Assembly (NCBI RefSeq): GCF_055900595.2
Contig: NZ_CM148325.1
DNA length: 64,000 bases
Direction: 5' to 3' (one strand)
The position numbers and the translations under genes were made by a program. The notes under the pieces are model-generated. The model searched no databases and was not told the DNA's origin. It saw nothing but the letters and a program-made list of their open reading frames with translations. Shown one piece after another: positions 12,678-27,508 of the stretch (position 1 is the first letter of the stretch; the number at the start of each line of letters is the position of its first letter).

Positions 12678-13271
12678 ATGACTTCTCTGTATTTAGCTTC
12701 CGGTTCTCCGCGTCGTCACGAGTTACTTGCGCAACTTGGCGTGACCTTTGAACGTATTGTTACGGGCATTGAGGAGCAGCGTCAGCCGCAGGAGAGCGCG
12801 CAGCAATATGTTGTGCGTCTGGCGCGCGAGAAAGCACAGGCGGGTGTCACGCACACGGCGCAGGATCTCCCGGTGCTGGGTGCGGATACTATCGTTATCC
12901 TGAATGGAGAAGTGCTGGAGAAACCGCGCGACGCAGATCATGCGGCGCAGATGTTGCGCAAACTATCGGGTCAGACCCATCAGGTGATGACGGCAGTGGC
13001 GTTGGCCGACAGTCAGCACATTCTCGATTGCCTGGTGGTCACCGATGTGACGTTCAGAACGTTAACAGACGAAGACATCGCGGGCTATGTCGCCAGCGGA
13101 GAACCGTTAGATAAAGCAGGTGCATACGGTATTCAGGGGTTGGGTGGCTGTTTTGTCAGGAAGATAAATGGCAGCTATCACGCCGTAGTCGGCTTACCGC
13201 TGGTTGAAACGTATGAATTATTAAGTAATTTTAACGCACTGCGTGAGAAAAGGGATAAACATGACGGCTGA
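12678..13271 (+). CDS. yhdE: Maf-family nucleoside triphosphate pyrophosphatase YhdE
   Basis: 197 aa, [22 protein letters not shown]... Maf motif. Confidence 0.93.
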   Translation: MTSLYLASGSPRRHELLAQLGVTFERIVTGIEEQRQPQESAQQYVVRLAREKAQAGVTHTAQDLPVLGADTIVILNGEVLEKPRDADHAAQMLRKLSGQTHQVMTAVALADSQHILDCLVVTDVTFRTLTDEDIAGYVASGEPLDKAGAYGIQGLGGCFVRKINGSYHAVVGLPLVETYELLSNFNALREKRDKHDG

Positions 13272-14730
13272 ATTGTTGGTAAACGTAACGCCTTCGGAAA
13301 CGCGAGTGGCGTATATTGATGGCGGTATTCTGCAGGAAATTCATATTGAACGTGAGGCGCGACGCGGAATAGTAGGCAATATCTACAAGGGTCGTGTAAG
13401 TCGTGTACTTCCGGGTATGCAGGCGGCTTTTGTAGATATTGGGCTGGATAAAGCCGCGTTTCTTCATGCATCCGACATCATGCCGCATACTGAGTGTGTG
13501 GCGGGTGAAGAGCAAAAGCAATTCACGGTGCGCGACATCTCGGAACTGGTCCGTCAGGGGCAAGATCTGATGGTGCAGGTGGTGAAAGATCCGCTTGGTA
13601 CTAAAGGTGCGCGCCTGACCACCGATATCACTCTGCCATCTCGCTATCTGGTTTTTATGCCAGGTGCTTCTCATGTTGGGGTTTCCCAACGTATCGAAAG
13701 CGAATCCGAACGTGAACGCCTGAAAAAAGTGGTCGCGGAGTATTGCGACGAGCAGGGCGGGTTTATCATCCGTACTGCAGCGGAAGGTGTTGGTGAGGCT
13801 GAACTGGCCTCCGATGCCGCTTATCTGAAACGTGTCTGGACCAAAGTCATGGAGCGTAAAAAGCGCCCGCAGACCCGTTATCAGCTATACGGCGAACTGG
13901 CGTTGGCGCAGCGTGTTCTGCGTGATTTCGCCGACGCCGAGCTGGACCGCATTCGCGTTGACTCGCGCCTGACTTACGAAGCATTGCTGGAGTTTACCTC
14001 GGAGTACATTCCCGAGATGACCAGCAAGCTGGAGCATTACACAGGCCGCCAACCGATTTTCGATCTCTTTGATGTTGAAAACGAAATCCAGCGGGCGCTG
14101 GAACGCAAAGTTGAACTAAAATCCGGTGGCTATCTGATTATCGACCAGACCGAAGCGATGACCACCGTGGACATCAATACCGGGGCGTTTGTCGGTCATC
14201 GCAATCTGGACGACACCATCTTCAATACCAATATTGAAGCGACGCAGGCTATTGCTCGCCAGTTACGGTTGCGTAACCTGGGCGGGATCATCATTATTGA
14301 TTTCATCGACATGAATAATGAAGATCACCGTCGCCGCGTGTTGCATTCGCTGGAGCAGGCGTTGAGCAAAGACCGGGTGAAAACCAGCGTTAATGGTTTT
14401 TCGGCGCTGGGGCTGGTGGAGATGACGCGTAAACGCACTCGCGAAAGCATTGAACACGTATTGTGTAACGAATGTCCGACTTGCCACGGTCGCGGAACGG
14501 TGAAAACTGTGGAAACCGTATGTTATGAAATCATGCGCGAGATTGTTCGTGTACACCATGCTTACGATTCCGACCGTTTCCTGGTCTATGCTTCTCCGGC
14601 AGTAGCCGAAGCCTTGAAAGGCGAAGAGTCACACTCGCTGGCGGAAGTGGAAATTTTCGTTGGCAAACAGGTTAAAGTACAAATTGAACCGCTCTATAAC
14701 CAGGAGCAGTTTGACGTCGTAATGATGTAA
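13261..14730 (+). CDS. rng: Ribonuclease G
   Basis: 489 aa from [31 protein letters not shown].... It overlaps the yhdE 3' end by 11 bp. Confidence 0.95.
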
Positions 14731-14797
14731 ACAGATGCTGGGCCGCCATCCGGCAAAGGGTTTTTGAGTCACATTTTTAGCAGACAAGGAGTGACGG

Positions 14798-17700
14798 GTG
14801 AGGCGATTGCCGGGGATTTTACTGCTTACTGGAGCCGCGCTCGTTGTGATAGCTGCCCTGCTGGTTAGCGGCCTGCGTATTGCTTTACCGCATCTTGACG
14901 CCTGGCGTCCGGAAATCCTCAACAAAATAGAATCCGCGACTGGCATGCCGGTTGAAGCCAGTCAGCTCTCAGCCAGCTGGCAGAATTTTGGCCCGACGCT
15001 TGAAGCGCACGACATCCGTGCAGAACTAAAAGATGGCGGCGAATTTTCGGTTAAACGCGTTACTCTGGCGCTGGATGTCTGGCAAAGCCTGTTACATATG
15101 CGCTGGCAGTTTCGTGACCTCACTTTCTGGCAGCTGCGCTTTCGCACCAACACTCCTATCACCAGCAGCGGTGGTAATGATAGCCTGGAAGCTAGTCACA
15201 TCAGCGATCTGTTTCTTCGTCAATTCGACCATTTCGATCTCCGCGACAGTGAAGTCAGTTTCCTGACGCCATCCGGTCAGCGCGCCGAGCTGGCGATCCC
15301 ACAACTCACCTGGCTGAACGATCCACGTCGACACCGTGCGGAAGGCCTGGTAAGCCTCTCCAGCCTTACCGGACAGCACGGCGTGATGCAGGTGCGCATG
15401 GATTTGCGCGATGATGAGGGGTTGTTAAGCAATGGTCGCGTCTGGCTCCAGGCGGATGACATCGACCTGAAGCCGTGGCTCGGTAAATGGATGCAGGACA
15501 ATATTGCGCTGGAAACGGCACAGTTCTCCCTTGAAGGCTGGATGACGATCGACAAAGGCGATGTAACCGGCGGTGACGTCTGGCTGAAACAGGGCGGTGC
15601 CAGCTGGTTGGGCGAGAAGCAAACGCATACGCTGTCGGTGGATAATCTGACCGCGCATATTACGCGTGAAAACCCGGGCTGGCAGTTCTCTATTCCCGAC
15701 ACACGGATCACGATGGACGGCAAACCCTGGCCGAGCGGAGCATTGACGCTGGCCTGGATACCGGAACAGAACGTCGGCGGCAAAGACAATAAACGCAGTG
15801 ACGAACTCCGGATTCGCGCCAGTAATCTGGAGCTGGCAGGCCTGGAGGGCGTACGCCCGCTGGCCGCGAAACTTTCACCTGCACTTGGTGATGTTTGGCG
15901 CTCCACACAACCGAGCGGCAAGATAAACACGCTGGCGCTGGATATCCCGCTTCAGGCGGCAGACAAGACCCGTTTTCAGGCATCGTGGAGCGATCTGGCC
16001 TGGAAGCAATGGAAATTATTACCGGGTGCGGAACACTTCTCCGGGACGCTTTCCGGCAGCGTAGAAAATGGTTTGCTTACCGCGTCGATGAAGCAGGCAA
16101 AGATGCCTTACGAAACGGTATTCCGTGCGCCACTGGAAATCGCCGACGGCCAGGCTACGATAAGCTGGCTGAACAATGACAAAGGTTTCCAGCTGGATGG
16201 GCGTAATATTGACGTTAAAGCTAAAGCCGTCCATGCGCGCGGCGGTTTTCGTTACCTGCAACCTGCTAACGATGAACCCTGGCTGGGTATTCTGGCTGGC
16301 ATCAGTACCGATGATGGTTCACAAGCCTGGCGCTATTTCCCGGAAAACCTGATGGGTAAAGACCTGGTTGATTACTTAAGTGGCGCGATTCAGGGCGGTG
16401 AAGCGGATAACGCGACGCTGGTTTATGGTGGCAATCCGCAACTCTTCCCCTATAAACACAACGAAGGTCAGTTTGAAGTGCTGGTGCCGCTACGCAACGC
16501 GAAGTTTGCCTTCCAGCCGGACTGGCCTGCATTAACTAACCTTGATATTGAACTGGATTTTATTAACGACGGTTTATGGATGAAAACCGATGGCGTTAAT
16601 CTGGGCGGCGTGCGCGCGAGTAATCTCACCGCAGTGATCCCTGACTACTCAAAAGAAAAACTGCTGATTGACGCTGACATTAAAGGTCCGGGTAAAGCCG
16701 TTGGCCCTTACTTTGATGAGACACCGCTGAAAGATTCCCTGGGTGCGACCCTGCAAGAACTCCAGCTCGACGGCGATGTGAATGCTCGCTTACATCTTGA
16801 TATCCCGCTGAACGGCGAGTTGGTAACCGCGAAAGGGGAAGTGACGCTGCGTAATAACAGTCTGTTTATCAAACCACTCGACAGCACCCTGAAAAATTTG
16901 AGCGGTAAATTCAGCTTTATCAATGGCGATCTGCAAAGTGAACCACTGACAGCAAGCTGGTTTAATCAGCCGTTGAACGTGGATTTCTCCACCAAAGAAG
17001 GGGCAAAAGCCTACCAGGTCGCGTTGAATCTCAACGGTAACTGGCAACCAGCGAAAACCGGCGTTCTGCCTGCAGCGGTGAACGAAGCATTAAGTGGCAG
17101 CGTGGCGTGGGATGGTAAAGTGGGCATTGAGCTGCCTTATCAAGCTGGCGCGACGTATAACGTAGAGCTAAACGGCGATTTGAAGAATGTGAGCAGTCAC
17201 TTACCTTCACCGTTAGCCAAACCTGCGGGTGAACCACTGCCGGTAAACGTTAAGGTTGATGGCAATCTCAACAGTTTTGATTTAACCGGACAGGCTGGTG
17301 CGGATAACCATTTCAATAGCCGCTGGTTGCTCGGTCAAAAGCTGACGCTCGATCGTGCTATTTGGGCGGCAGACAGTAAAACGCTCCCGCCGTTGCCGGA
17401 ACAAAGTGGCGTTGAACTCAATATGCCGCCGATGAATGGTGCCGAGTGGCTGGCCCTGTTCCAGAAAGGCGCGGCGGAGAGTGTCGGTGGTGCAGCGAGT
17501 TTCCCACAACACATAACGTTACGTACGCCTATGTTGTCGCTGGGAAATCAGCAATGGAATAACCTGAGTATTGTTTCGCAACCGACGGCAAATGGCTCCC
17601 AGGTTGAGGCGCAAGGGCGTGAAATCAACGCCACGCTGGCGATGCGTAATAACGCACCGTGGCTGGCGAATATCAAATATCTTTATTACAACCCAAGCGT

Positions 17701-18598
17701 GGCGAAAACTCGTGGTGATTCAACACAGTCATCATCTTTCCCGACAACGGAACGCATTAACTTCCGTGGCTGGCCAGACGCACAAATACGATGCGCAGAG
17801 TGCTGGTTTTGGGGGCAAAAATTCGGTCGCATTGACAGTGATATCACTATTTCTGGCGATACGTTAACACTGACTAATGGACTGATTGATACTGGCTTTT
17901 CGCGGCTCACTGCCGATGGTGAATGGGTTAACAATCCGGGAAATGAACGCACCTCGCTGAAAGGAAAACTGCGCGGGCAGAAAATTGATGCCGCCGCAGA
18001 GTTTTTTGGTGTCACGACGCCCATACGCCAGTCGTCATTTAATGTGGATTACGATTTACACTGGCGCAAAGCACCCTGGCAGCCAGATGAGGCGACGTTG
18101 AATGGCATCATTCATACTCAACTGGGCAAAGGCGAAATTACCGAAATCAACACCGGACATGCAGGGCAATTGCTGCGCCTACTGAGCGTTGATGCCCTGA
18201 TGCGTAAGCTGCGTTTTGATTTCAGAGACACCTTTGGCGAAGGGTTCTATTTTGACTCTATTCGCAGCACCGCGTGGATTAAAGACGGCGTTATGCACAC
18301 CGACGACACGCTGGTGGATGGCCTGGAGGCGGACATCGCTATGAAAGGGTCGGTAAATCTGGTACGTCGCGACCTGAATATGGAAGCGGTTGTCGCACCA
18401 GAGATTTCTGCGACGGTGGGTGTGGCTGCGGCCTTTGCGGTTAACCCCATTGTTGGCGCGGCAGTGTTTGCCGCCAGTAAAGTGCTGGGACCGTTGTGGA
18501 GCAAAGTCTCCATTTTGCGCTATCACATTTCGGGTCCGCTGGACGATCCGCAAATCAACGAAGTGTTGCGCCAACCGCGTAAAGAAAAAGCGCAATGA
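14798..18598 (+). CDS. yhdP: YhdP, AsmA-like inner-membrane-anchored envelope protein (phospholipid transport)
   Basis: 1266 aa with an N-terminal transmembrane segment. Size and position match YhdP. Confidence 0.93.
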   Translation: MRRLPGILLLTGAALVVIAALLVSGLRIALPHLDAWRPEILNKIESATGMPVEASQLSASWQNFGPTLEAHDIRAELKDGGEFSVKRVTLALDVWQSLLHMRWQFRDLTFWQLRFRTNTPITSSGGNDSLEASHISDLFLRQFDHFDLRDSEVSFLTPSGQRAELAIPQLTWLNDPRRHRAEGLVSLSSLTGQHGVMQVRMDLRDDEGLLSNGRVWLQADDIDLKPWLGKWMQDNIALETAQFSLEGWMTIDKGDVTGGDVWLKQGGASWLGEKQTHTLSVDNLTAHITRENPGWQFSIPDTRITMDGKPWPSGALTLAWIPEQNVGGKDNKRSDELRIRASNLELAGLEGVRPLAAKLSPALGDVWRSTQPSGKINTLALDIPLQAADKTRFQASWSDLAWKQWKLLPGAEHFSGTLSGSVENGLLTASMKQAKMPYETVFRAPLEIADGQATISWLNNDKGFQLDGRNIDVKAKAVHARGGFRYLQPANDEPWLGILAGISTDDGSQAWRYFPENLMGKDLVDYLSGAIQGGEADNATLVYGGNPQLFPYKHNEGQFEVLVPLRNAKFAFQPDWPALTNLDIELDFINDGLWMKTDGVNLGGVRASNLTAVIPDYSKEKLLIDADIKGPGKAVGPYFDETPLKDSLGATLQELQLDGDVNARLHLDIPLNGELVTAKGEVTLRNNSLFIKPLDSTLKNLSGKFSFINGDLQSEPLTASWFNQPLNVDFSTKEGAKAYQVALNLNGNWQPAKTGVLPAAVNEALSGSVAWDGKVGIELPYQAGATYNVELNGDLKNVSSHLPSPLAKPAGEPLPVNVKVDGNLNSFDLTGQAGADNHFNSRWLLGQKLTLDRAIWAADSKTLPPLPEQSGVELNMPPMNGAEWLALFQKGAAESVGGAASFPQHITLRTPMLSLGNQQWNNLSIVSQPTANGSQVEAQGREINATLAMRNNAPWLANIKYLYYNPSVAKTRGDSTQSSSFPTTERINFRGWPDAQIRCAECWFWGQKFGRIDSDITISGDTLTLTNGLIDTGFSRLTADGEWVNNPGNERTSLKGKLRGQKIDAAAEFFGVTTPIRQSSFNVDYDLHWRKAPWQPDEATLNGIIHTQLGKGEITEINTGHAGQLLRLLSVDALMRKLRFDFRDTFGEGFYFDSIRSTAWIKDGVMHTDDTLVDGLEADIAMKGSVNLVRRDLNMEAVVAPEISATVGVAAAFAVNPIVGAAVFAASKVLGPLWSKVSILRYHISGPLDDPQINEVLRQPRKEKAQ

Positions 18599-18672
18599 TT
18601 TGACGAGGGCGCGTAATTGCCCCAATCTCATATGATAATCGTTGCCAAAGGCCAACGAGCCGGAACATAACC

Positions 18673-18717
18673 GTAGGCCGGACAGGGCGTTCACGCCGCA
18701 TCCGGCAGCCGTAAAAA
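18673..18717. repeat. REP (repetitive extragenic palindromic) element
   Basis: GTAGGCCGGACAGGGCGTTCACGCCGCATCCGGCA matches the REP consensus (GCCGGATGCGGCGTGAACGCC...TCCGGCCTAC, reverse orientation). It lies in the yhdP-tldD intergenic region. Confidence 0.8.
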
Positions 18718-18738
18718 ATCCTCTACTGCAGTAACTAA

Positions 18739-20199
<1,461 letters not shown>

Positions 20200-20326
20200 T
20201 AATTTCAGTATTTTCAGAAGGATAATTAATCCTTCTCCGTGTACGAACGGTCCCCTTGCCCCTCTGTGGAGAAGGTTAGGGGAACCCGTTGGCACAGGTT
20301 TGTACAACGTAACAGTACAATATGAA

Positions 20327-21256
20327 TTACTTCTCTTTCCCGCGCCCGTGCATTTCCTGAAACAATTTACCGACCTCAACAAAATAATCCGTCAGTGAGT
20401 TGATCACGACCTGCACCTTCAGCGGCAGTTTATCTTTTTCAGTATACAACGCATAAACCGGGCGTGGATCTGACTGGTAACGCGGCAGCAGGATCTCAAG
20501 CTCACCTCGATTGATCTCGTTGATCACCCACATCAGCGGCACGTAGGCAATCCCGGCACCTGCCGTCAGCCAGCGCACCAGCGTCATCGGATCATTAGTC
20601 ACAAATCTCCCTTGCGGGATCAAGCGAGTCGAGATCCCTTCCGGTGCGATCAGTTCAAATTCATTGTCCGGACGCACGCTGTATTCAAGCCATGAATGGC
20701 TACTTAAATCGGCGGGTTTTTCCGGTATGCCGTATTGTGTGAGATAGCCTTTCGCGGCGCACACCACCATTGGCATCGCGCCCAGACGGCGGGAAAACAG
20801 GCTGGAATCCTGCAACGCGCCGACGCGGATCACCACATCCAGACCGTCGGCAATCAGGTCGGGGGCAGGAATTCCGGTAACCAGATTAACGCTCAAACCT
20901 GGGTATTCTTTCAGCATTTTGGCTGTTAGCCCGGCGAGAACATTTTGTGCCATAGTTGAAGAACAGCCAATGCGCAGCGTCCCGATGGGGGTGTTATTGA
21001 AGGCATACAGTTGCTCATGAACATCCTGCACTTCATGAAGCATCCGACGGCAGCCCTGGTAGTAAATTCTACCGGCTTCGGTCAGGCCAATGCTGCGTGT
21101 GCTACGGTTTAACAGCTTTACCTGCAACTCATCTTCCAATTTTGACACCGTCTGACTGATGGACGAAACGCTCATCTGTAGCTGTCTGGCGGCGGCGGTA
21201 AAAGAGCCAAATTCAACTACTTTGGCAAACACCGACATGCGTTTTAGTCGTTCCAT
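20327..21256 (-). CDS. aaeR: LysR-family transcriptional activator AaeR
   Basis: 309 aa with an N-terminal helix-turn-helix. It is divergent from aaeXAB. Confidence 0.93.
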   Translation of the reverse strand: MERLKRMSVFAKVVEFGSFTAAARQLQMSVSSISQTVSKLEDELQVKLLNRSTRSIGLTEAGRIYYQGCRRMLHEVQDVHEQLYAFNNTPIGTLRIGCSSTMAQNVLAGLTAKMLKEYPGLSVNLVTGIPAPDLIADGLDVVIRVGALQDSSLFSRRLGAMPMVVCAAKGYLTQYGIPEKPADLSSHSWLEYSVRPDNEFELIAPEGISTRLIPQGRFVTNDPMTLVRWLTAGAGIAYVPLMWVINEINRGELEILLPRYQSDPRPVYALYTEKDKLPLKVQVVINSLTDYFVEVGKLFQEMHGRGKEK

Positions 21257-21438
21257 TATTCACTCTGACTTAAAAGTGATTTAGATCACATAATATAGAT
21301 AACAGCATAACAGTTACGTTAATATATTAAATATCAATCTACAGCAATGTTGCTCTCGCCCGGCTTTCCATGCCCTTCTCTGCGGCGACAGATGCTGAAA
21401 ATAATAACGCCTGCTCTCTCTATACAACCAAGGTCAAC

Positions 21439-21642
21439 ATGAGTCTGTTTCCCGTTATCGTGGTGTTTGGGCTGTCCTTCCCACCGATATTTTTCGAATT
21501 GCTTTTATCACTGGCGATTTTCTGGCTGGTGCGCCGGGTACTTGTGCCAACAGGTATCTACGACTTTGTCTGGCATCCGGCGTTGTTCAACACCGCGCTC
21601 TATTGCTGCTTGTTTTATTTGATATCGCGACTGTTCGTTTGA
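21439..21642 (+). CDS. aaeX: Small membrane protein AaeX
   Basis: 67 aa, [31 protein letters not shown].... The six-frame ORF is extended at the N-terminus. Confidence 0.9.
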
Positions 21643-21649
21643 GGTTGAA

Positions 21650-22582
21650 GTGAAAACACTAATAAGAAAATTCTCCCGTACGGCCATCACGGTCGTATTA
21701 GTCATTCTGGCCTTCATCGCAATTTTTAATGCCTGGGTCTATTACACCGAATCCCCGTGGACGCGTGACGCGCGCTTTAGCGCTGACGTCGTTGCGATCG
21801 CGCCGGACGTTTCTGGACTCATTACCCAGGTGAATGTTCATGATAACCAGCTGGTGAAAAAAGGACAGGTACTGTTCACCATCGACCAGCCGCGTTATCA
21901 AAAGGCGCTTGAGGAAGCGCAAGCCGATGTTGCTTATTATCAGGTACTGGCACAGGAGAAACGCCAGGAGGCCGGACGTCGTAACCGTCTCGGTGTGCAG
22001 GCGATGTCTCGCGAAGAGATCGATCAGGCCAACAACGTACTACAAACGGTTCTGCATCAGTTAGCGAAAGCGCAGGCGACCCGCGATCTGGCAAAACTGG
22101 ATCTTGAACGCACGGTGATCCGCGCGCCAGCAGATGGCTGGGTGACCAACCTCAACGTCTATACCGGTGAGTTTATTACCCGTGGATCAACGGCGGTTGC
22201 GCTGGTGAAACAGAACTCCTTCTATGTACTGGCCTATATGGAAGAAACTAAGCTGGAAGGGGTGCGCCCTAGGTATCGTGCAGAGATCACGCCGCTTGGC
22301 AGTAACAAAGTGCTGAAAGGGACTGTTGATAGTGTTGCTGCTGGGGTCACCAACGCCAGCAGCACGCGTGACGACAAAGGGATGGCGACCATCGACTCTA
22401 ACCTTGAATGGGTGCGTTTGGCGCAACGTGTTCCGGTTCGTATTCGTCTCGACAACCAGCAAGAGAACATCTGGCCTGCGGGCACCACTGCTACAGTGGT
22501 GGTCACTGGCAAACAAGATCGCGACGAAAGCCAGGATTCGTTCTTCCGTAAAATGGCCCATCGCCTGCGTGAGTTTGGTTAA
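21650..22582 (+). CDS. aaeA: p-Hydroxybenzoic acid efflux pump subunit AaeA (membrane fusion protein)
   Basis: 310 aa with a GTG start, a signal-anchor and a membrane-fusion (HlyD-like) fold. Confidence 0.93.
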   Translation: MKTLIRKFSRTAITVVLVILAFIAIFNAWVYYTESPWTRDARFSADVVAIAPDVSGLITQVNVHDNQLVKKGQVLFTIDQPRYQKALEEAQADVAYYQVLAQEKRQEAGRRNRLGVQAMSREEIDQANNVLQTVLHQLAKAQATRDLAKLDLERTVIRAPADGWVTNLNVYTGEFITRGSTAVALVKQNSFYVLAYMEETKLEGVRPRYRAEITPLGSNKVLKGTVDSVAAGVTNASSTRDDKGMATIDSNLEWVRLAQRVPVRIRLDNQQENIWPAGTTATVVVTGKQDRDESQDSFFRKMAHRLREFG

Positions 22583-22587
22583 TCACG

Positions 22588-24555
22588 ATGGGTATTTTCT
22601 CCATTGCTAACCAACATATTCGCTTTGCGGTAAAACTGGCGACCGCCATTGTACTGGCGCTGTTTGTTGGCTTTCACTTCCAGCTGGAAACGCCACGCTG
22701 GGCGGTACTGACAGCGGCGATTGTTGCCGCCGGTCCGGCCTTTGCTGCGGGAGGTGAACCGTATTCTGGCGCTATTCGCTATCGTGGCTTTTTGCGCATC
22801 ATCGGCACATTTATTGGCTGTATTGCCGGACTGGTGATCATCATTGCGATGATCCGCGCACCATTATTGATGATTCTGGTGTGCTGTATCTGGGCCGGTT
22901 TTTGTACCTGGATATCCTCGCTGGTACGAATAGAAAACTCGTATGCGTGGGGGCTGGCTGGTTATACCGCGCTGATCATTGTGATTACCATTCAGCCGGA
23001 ACCGCTTCTTACGCCGCAGTTTGCCGTCGAACGTTGTAGCGAGATCGTTATCGGTATTGTGTGTGCAATTATGGCGGATTTGCTCTTTTCTCCGCAATCG
23101 ATCAAACAAGAAGTGGATCGAGAGCTGGAAAGTTTGCTGGTCGCGCAATATCAATTAATGCAACTCTGTATCAAGCATGGCGATGGTGAAGTTGTCGATA
23201 AAGCCTGGGGCGATCTTGTGCGACGCACCACGGCGTTACAAGGTATGCGCAGCAACCTGAATATGGAATCTTCCCGCTGGGCGCGGGCCAATCGACGTTT
23301 AAAAGCGATCAATACGCTATCGCTGACGCTGATTACCCAATCCTGCGAAACTTATCTTATTCAGAATACGCGCCCGGAATTGATCACTGATACTTTCCGC
23401 GAATTTTTTGACACGCCGGTAGAAACCGCGCAGGACGTCCACAAGCAGCTCAAACGCCTGCGGAGAGTTATCGCCTGGACCGGGGAACGGGAAACGCCTG
23501 TCACCATTTATAGCTGGGTCGCGGCGGCAACGCGTTATCAGCTTCTCAAGCGCGGCGTTATCAGTAACACAAAAATCAACGCTACTGAAGAAGAGATCCT
23601 GCAAGGCGAACCGGAAGTCAAAGTAGAGTCAGCCGAACGTCATCATGCGATGGTTAACTTCTGGCGAACCACACTTTCCTGCATTCTGGGGACGCTTTTC
23701 TGGCTGTGGACGGGCTGGACTTCCGGCAGTGGTGCAATGGTGATGATTGCGGTAGTGACGTCACTGGCAATGCGTTTGCCGAATCCACGCATGGTGGCGA
23801 TCGACTTTATTTATGGGACGCTGGCGGCGCTGCCGTTAGGGCTACTCTACTTTTTGGTGATTATCCCTAATACCCAACAAAGCATGTTATTGCTGTGTAT
23901 TAGCCTGGCAGTGCTGGGATTCTTCCTTGGCATTGAAGTACAGAAACGGCGATTGGGCTCGATGGGGGCGCTGGCCAGCACCATAAACATTATCGTGCTG
24001 GATAACCCGATGACTTTCCATTTCAGTCAGTTTCTCGACAGCGCATTAGGGCAAATCGTCGGCTGTGTGCTCGCGTTCACCGTTATTTTGCTGGTGCGGG
24101 ATAAATCGCGCGACAGGACTGGACGTGTACTGCTTAATCAGTTTGTTTCTGCCGCTGTTTCCGCGATGACTACCAATGTGGCACGTCGTAAAGAGAATCA
24201 CCTCCCGGCACTTTATCAGCAGCTGTTTTTGCTGATGAATAAGTTCCCAGGGGATTTGCCGAAATTTCGCCTGGCACTGACGATGATTATCGCGCACCAG
24301 CGCCTGCGTGATGCGCCGATCCCGGTTAACGAGGATTTATCGGCGTTTCACCGGCAAATGCGCCGCACAGCAGACCATGTGATATCTGCCCGTAGCGATG
24401 ATAAACGTCGTCGGTACTTTGGCCAGTTGCTGGAAGAACTGGAAATCTACCAGGAAAAGCTACGCATCTGGCAAGCGCCACCGCAGGTGACGGAACCAGT
24501 ACATCGGCTTACGGGTATGCTCCATAAGTATCAACATGCGTTGACCGATAGTTAA
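22588..24555 (+). CDS. aaeB: p-Hydroxybenzoic acid efflux pump subunit AaeB
   Basis: 655-aa polytopic membrane protein directly downstream of aaeA. Confidence 0.93.
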   Translation: MGIFSIANQHIRFAVKLATAIVLALFVGFHFQLETPRWAVLTAAIVAAGPAFAAGGEPYSGAIRYRGFLRIIGTFIGCIAGLVIIIAMIRAPLLMILVCCIWAGFCTWISSLVRIENSYAWGLAGYTALIIVITIQPEPLLTPQFAVERCSEIVIGIVCAIMADLLFSPQSIKQEVDRELESLLVAQYQLMQLCIKHGDGEVVDKAWGDLVRRTTALQGMRSNLNMESSRWARANRRLKAINTLSLTLITQSCETYLIQNTRPELITDTFREFFDTPVETAQDVHKQLKRLRRVIAWTGERETPVTIYSWVAAATRYQLLKRGVISNTKINATEEEILQGEPEVKVESAERHHAMVNFWRTTLSCILGTLFWLWTGWTSGSGAMVMIAVVTSLAMRLPNPRMVAIDFIYGTLAALPLGLLYFLVIIPNTQQSMLLLCISLAVLGFFLGIEVQKRRLGSMGALASTINIIVLDNPMTFHFSQFLDSALGQIVGCVLAFTVILLVRDKSRDRTGRVLLNQFVSAAVSAMTTNVARRKENHLPALYQQLFLLMNKFPGDLPKFRLALTMIIAHQRLRDAPIPVNEDLSAFHRQMRRTADHVISARSDDKRRRYFGQLLEELEIYQEKLRIWQAPPQVTEPVHRLTGMLHKYQHALTDS

Positions 24556-24558
24556 GTC

Positions 24559-24588
24559 AAAACCGACGCCAAAAGCGTCGGTTTTTTC
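24559..24588 (+). terminator. Rho-independent terminator after aaeB
   Basis: AAAACCGACGC-CAAAA-GCGTCGGTTTT followed by a T-run. Confidence 0.8.
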
Positions 24589-24646
24589 ATGGCTATACTT
24601 AGCAATGAACGGCAGAACTCGCCGCGAAACGTGACGGTGGCAACAG

Positions 24647-24919
24647 ATGAATATTTATACCTTTGATTTTGATGAGATTGAGAGTCAGGAGGATTTTTAT
24701 CGCGACTTTAGCCAAACCTTTGGTCTGGCAAAAGATAAAGTACGCGATCTCGACTCTCTATGGGATGTGTTAATGAACGATGTCCTGCCGCTACCACTTG
24801 AGATTGAATTTGTTCATCTGGGAGAGAAAACGCGTCGCCGTTTTGGCGCATTAATATTGCTGTTTGATGAGGCAGAGGAAGAGCTGGAAGGGCATTTGCG
24901 TTTTAATGTTCGTCATTAG
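24647..24919 (+). CDS. yhcO: YhcO, barstar-like protein
   Basis: 90 aa, [21 protein letters not shown].... Confidence 0.85.
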   Translation: MNIYTFDFDEIESQEDFYRDFSQTFGLAKDKVRDLDSLWDVLMNDVLPLPLEIEFVHLGEKTRRRFGALILLFDEAEEELEGHLRFNVRH

Positions 24920-24920
24920 C

Positions 24921-24947
24921 GCAAAAAAAAGCCCCCGAACCGGGGGC
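24921..24947 (-). terminator. Rho-independent terminator for yhcN
   Basis: GCCCCCG-AAC-CGGGGGC stem with an A8 run on the + strand, which is a T-run on the - strand immediately after the stem. Confidence 0.75.
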
Positions 24948-24974
24948 AATATCGTCGGACAAGACGATGAGGGT

Positions 24975-25238
24975 TTATTTGTACAGTTCAGCCGTAGCGT
25001 GCCAGGTGTCACCGCTACGAGCTTCAGTAATCTGGTAGGCCGTTGCGCCTTTCTCTTCCGCTTTTTTGTTCAGCATTTCACGCATATCCATTGGCGAAGA
25101 CGCCACACCACTTACGGATACGGTCCCGATTGCTTCACGATTTTGTGCTTGTGCAGCATCAATGGAGTCGGCAGCGAATGCACCGAAAGAGAGAACAGAA
25201 AGTACGCTTAATGCAGCAACAGTGGTTTTGATTTTCAT
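24975..25238 (-). CDS. yhcN: Periplasmic stress-response protein YhcN (YdgH/BhsA family)
   Basis: 87 aa from MKIKTTVAALSVLSVLSFGAFA (signal peptide). Confidence 0.9.
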   Translation of the reverse strand: MKIKTTVAALSVLSVLSFGAFAADSIDAAQAQNREAIGTVSVSGVASSPMDMREMLNKKAEEKGATAYQITEARSGDTWHATAELYK

Positions 25239-25602
25239 GATTTTTACCTCGACATAATCTTTTAGCTGGGCCTTTGTTTCGTGACCCATATCACAAAATC
25301 AAGTATACACTAATTATTGAACTAATTAATACCACGCTAACTGTTTCAGTTGATACTAAGTGTTAAAAGTGTGAGTTTTAATAACAAAAAAGAATTAAAA
25401 ACACGGTTATTTATTATTAATTCCATTATTTTCAATTAGATAATGAATTTTGCATAATGTGCTTTTTTTAACTCATGTATTCATTATGTGAATGACATGT
25501 CGCGCTAAAACGCACTATTCGTTAAATTAATCGTAGGAGAAAGCAGGGGGATGAGAGGGAAAAGCAACATTTTCCCCGCCGCCAGAAGCGACGGGGCAGA
25601 GA

Positions 25603-26076
<474 letters not shown>

Positions 26077-26432
26077 TCACCCGATATGGTGGTTGATACA
26101 ACATTATTGTGCATACAGATGAATTTTTATGCAAACAGTCAGCCCTGAAGATGGCTGAAATAATGTTATGAAAGAGCGGGATTTTATCAAATTTCGTTAT
26201 TGAGAAACATGCCTGCGTCACGGCATGCAAATTCTGCTTAAAAGTAAATTAATTGTTATCAAATTGATGTTGTTTTGGCTGAACGGTAGGGTATATTGTC
26301 ACCACCTGTTGGAATGTTGCGCTAATGCATAAGCGACTGTTAATTACGTAAGTTAGGTTCCTGATTACGGCAATTAAATGCATAAACGCTAAACTTGCGT
26401 GACTACACATTCTTGAGATGTGGTCATTGTAA

Positions 26433-27446
<1,014 letters not shown>

Positions 27447-27461
27447 TTGATTAGCGGATAA

Positions 27462-27492
27462 TAAAAAACCGGAGCACAGACTCCGGTTTTTT
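27462..27492. terminator. Bidirectional rho-independent terminator between mdh (+) and degS (-)
   Basis: AAAAAACCGGAG-CACAGA-CTCCGGTTTTTT: a hairpin flanked by an A-run and a T-run. Confidence 0.85.
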
Positions 27493-27508
27493 GTCTTTCA
27501 CGTTGGCC

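Noticed and set aside
15277-15930. 217-aa minus-strand ORF (and several others) inside yhdP
   Set aside because: Shadow ORFs antisense to a long GC-rich gene, with Ser/Pro/Arg-rich composition typical of antisense frames.
20285-20305. TGGCAC-containing sequence (TTGGCACAGGTTTGTAC) as a possible sigma-54 promoter
   Set aside because: It lacks the -12 GC element at the correct spacing, and it sits in a convergent tldD/aaeR terminator region with no downstream gene in the right orientation.
25290-25602. AT-rich 300-bp region upstream of argR with imperfect palindromes
   Set aside because: Consistent with the ordinary argR promoter and ARG-box region, not with a mobile element. No terminal repeats or ORF are present.
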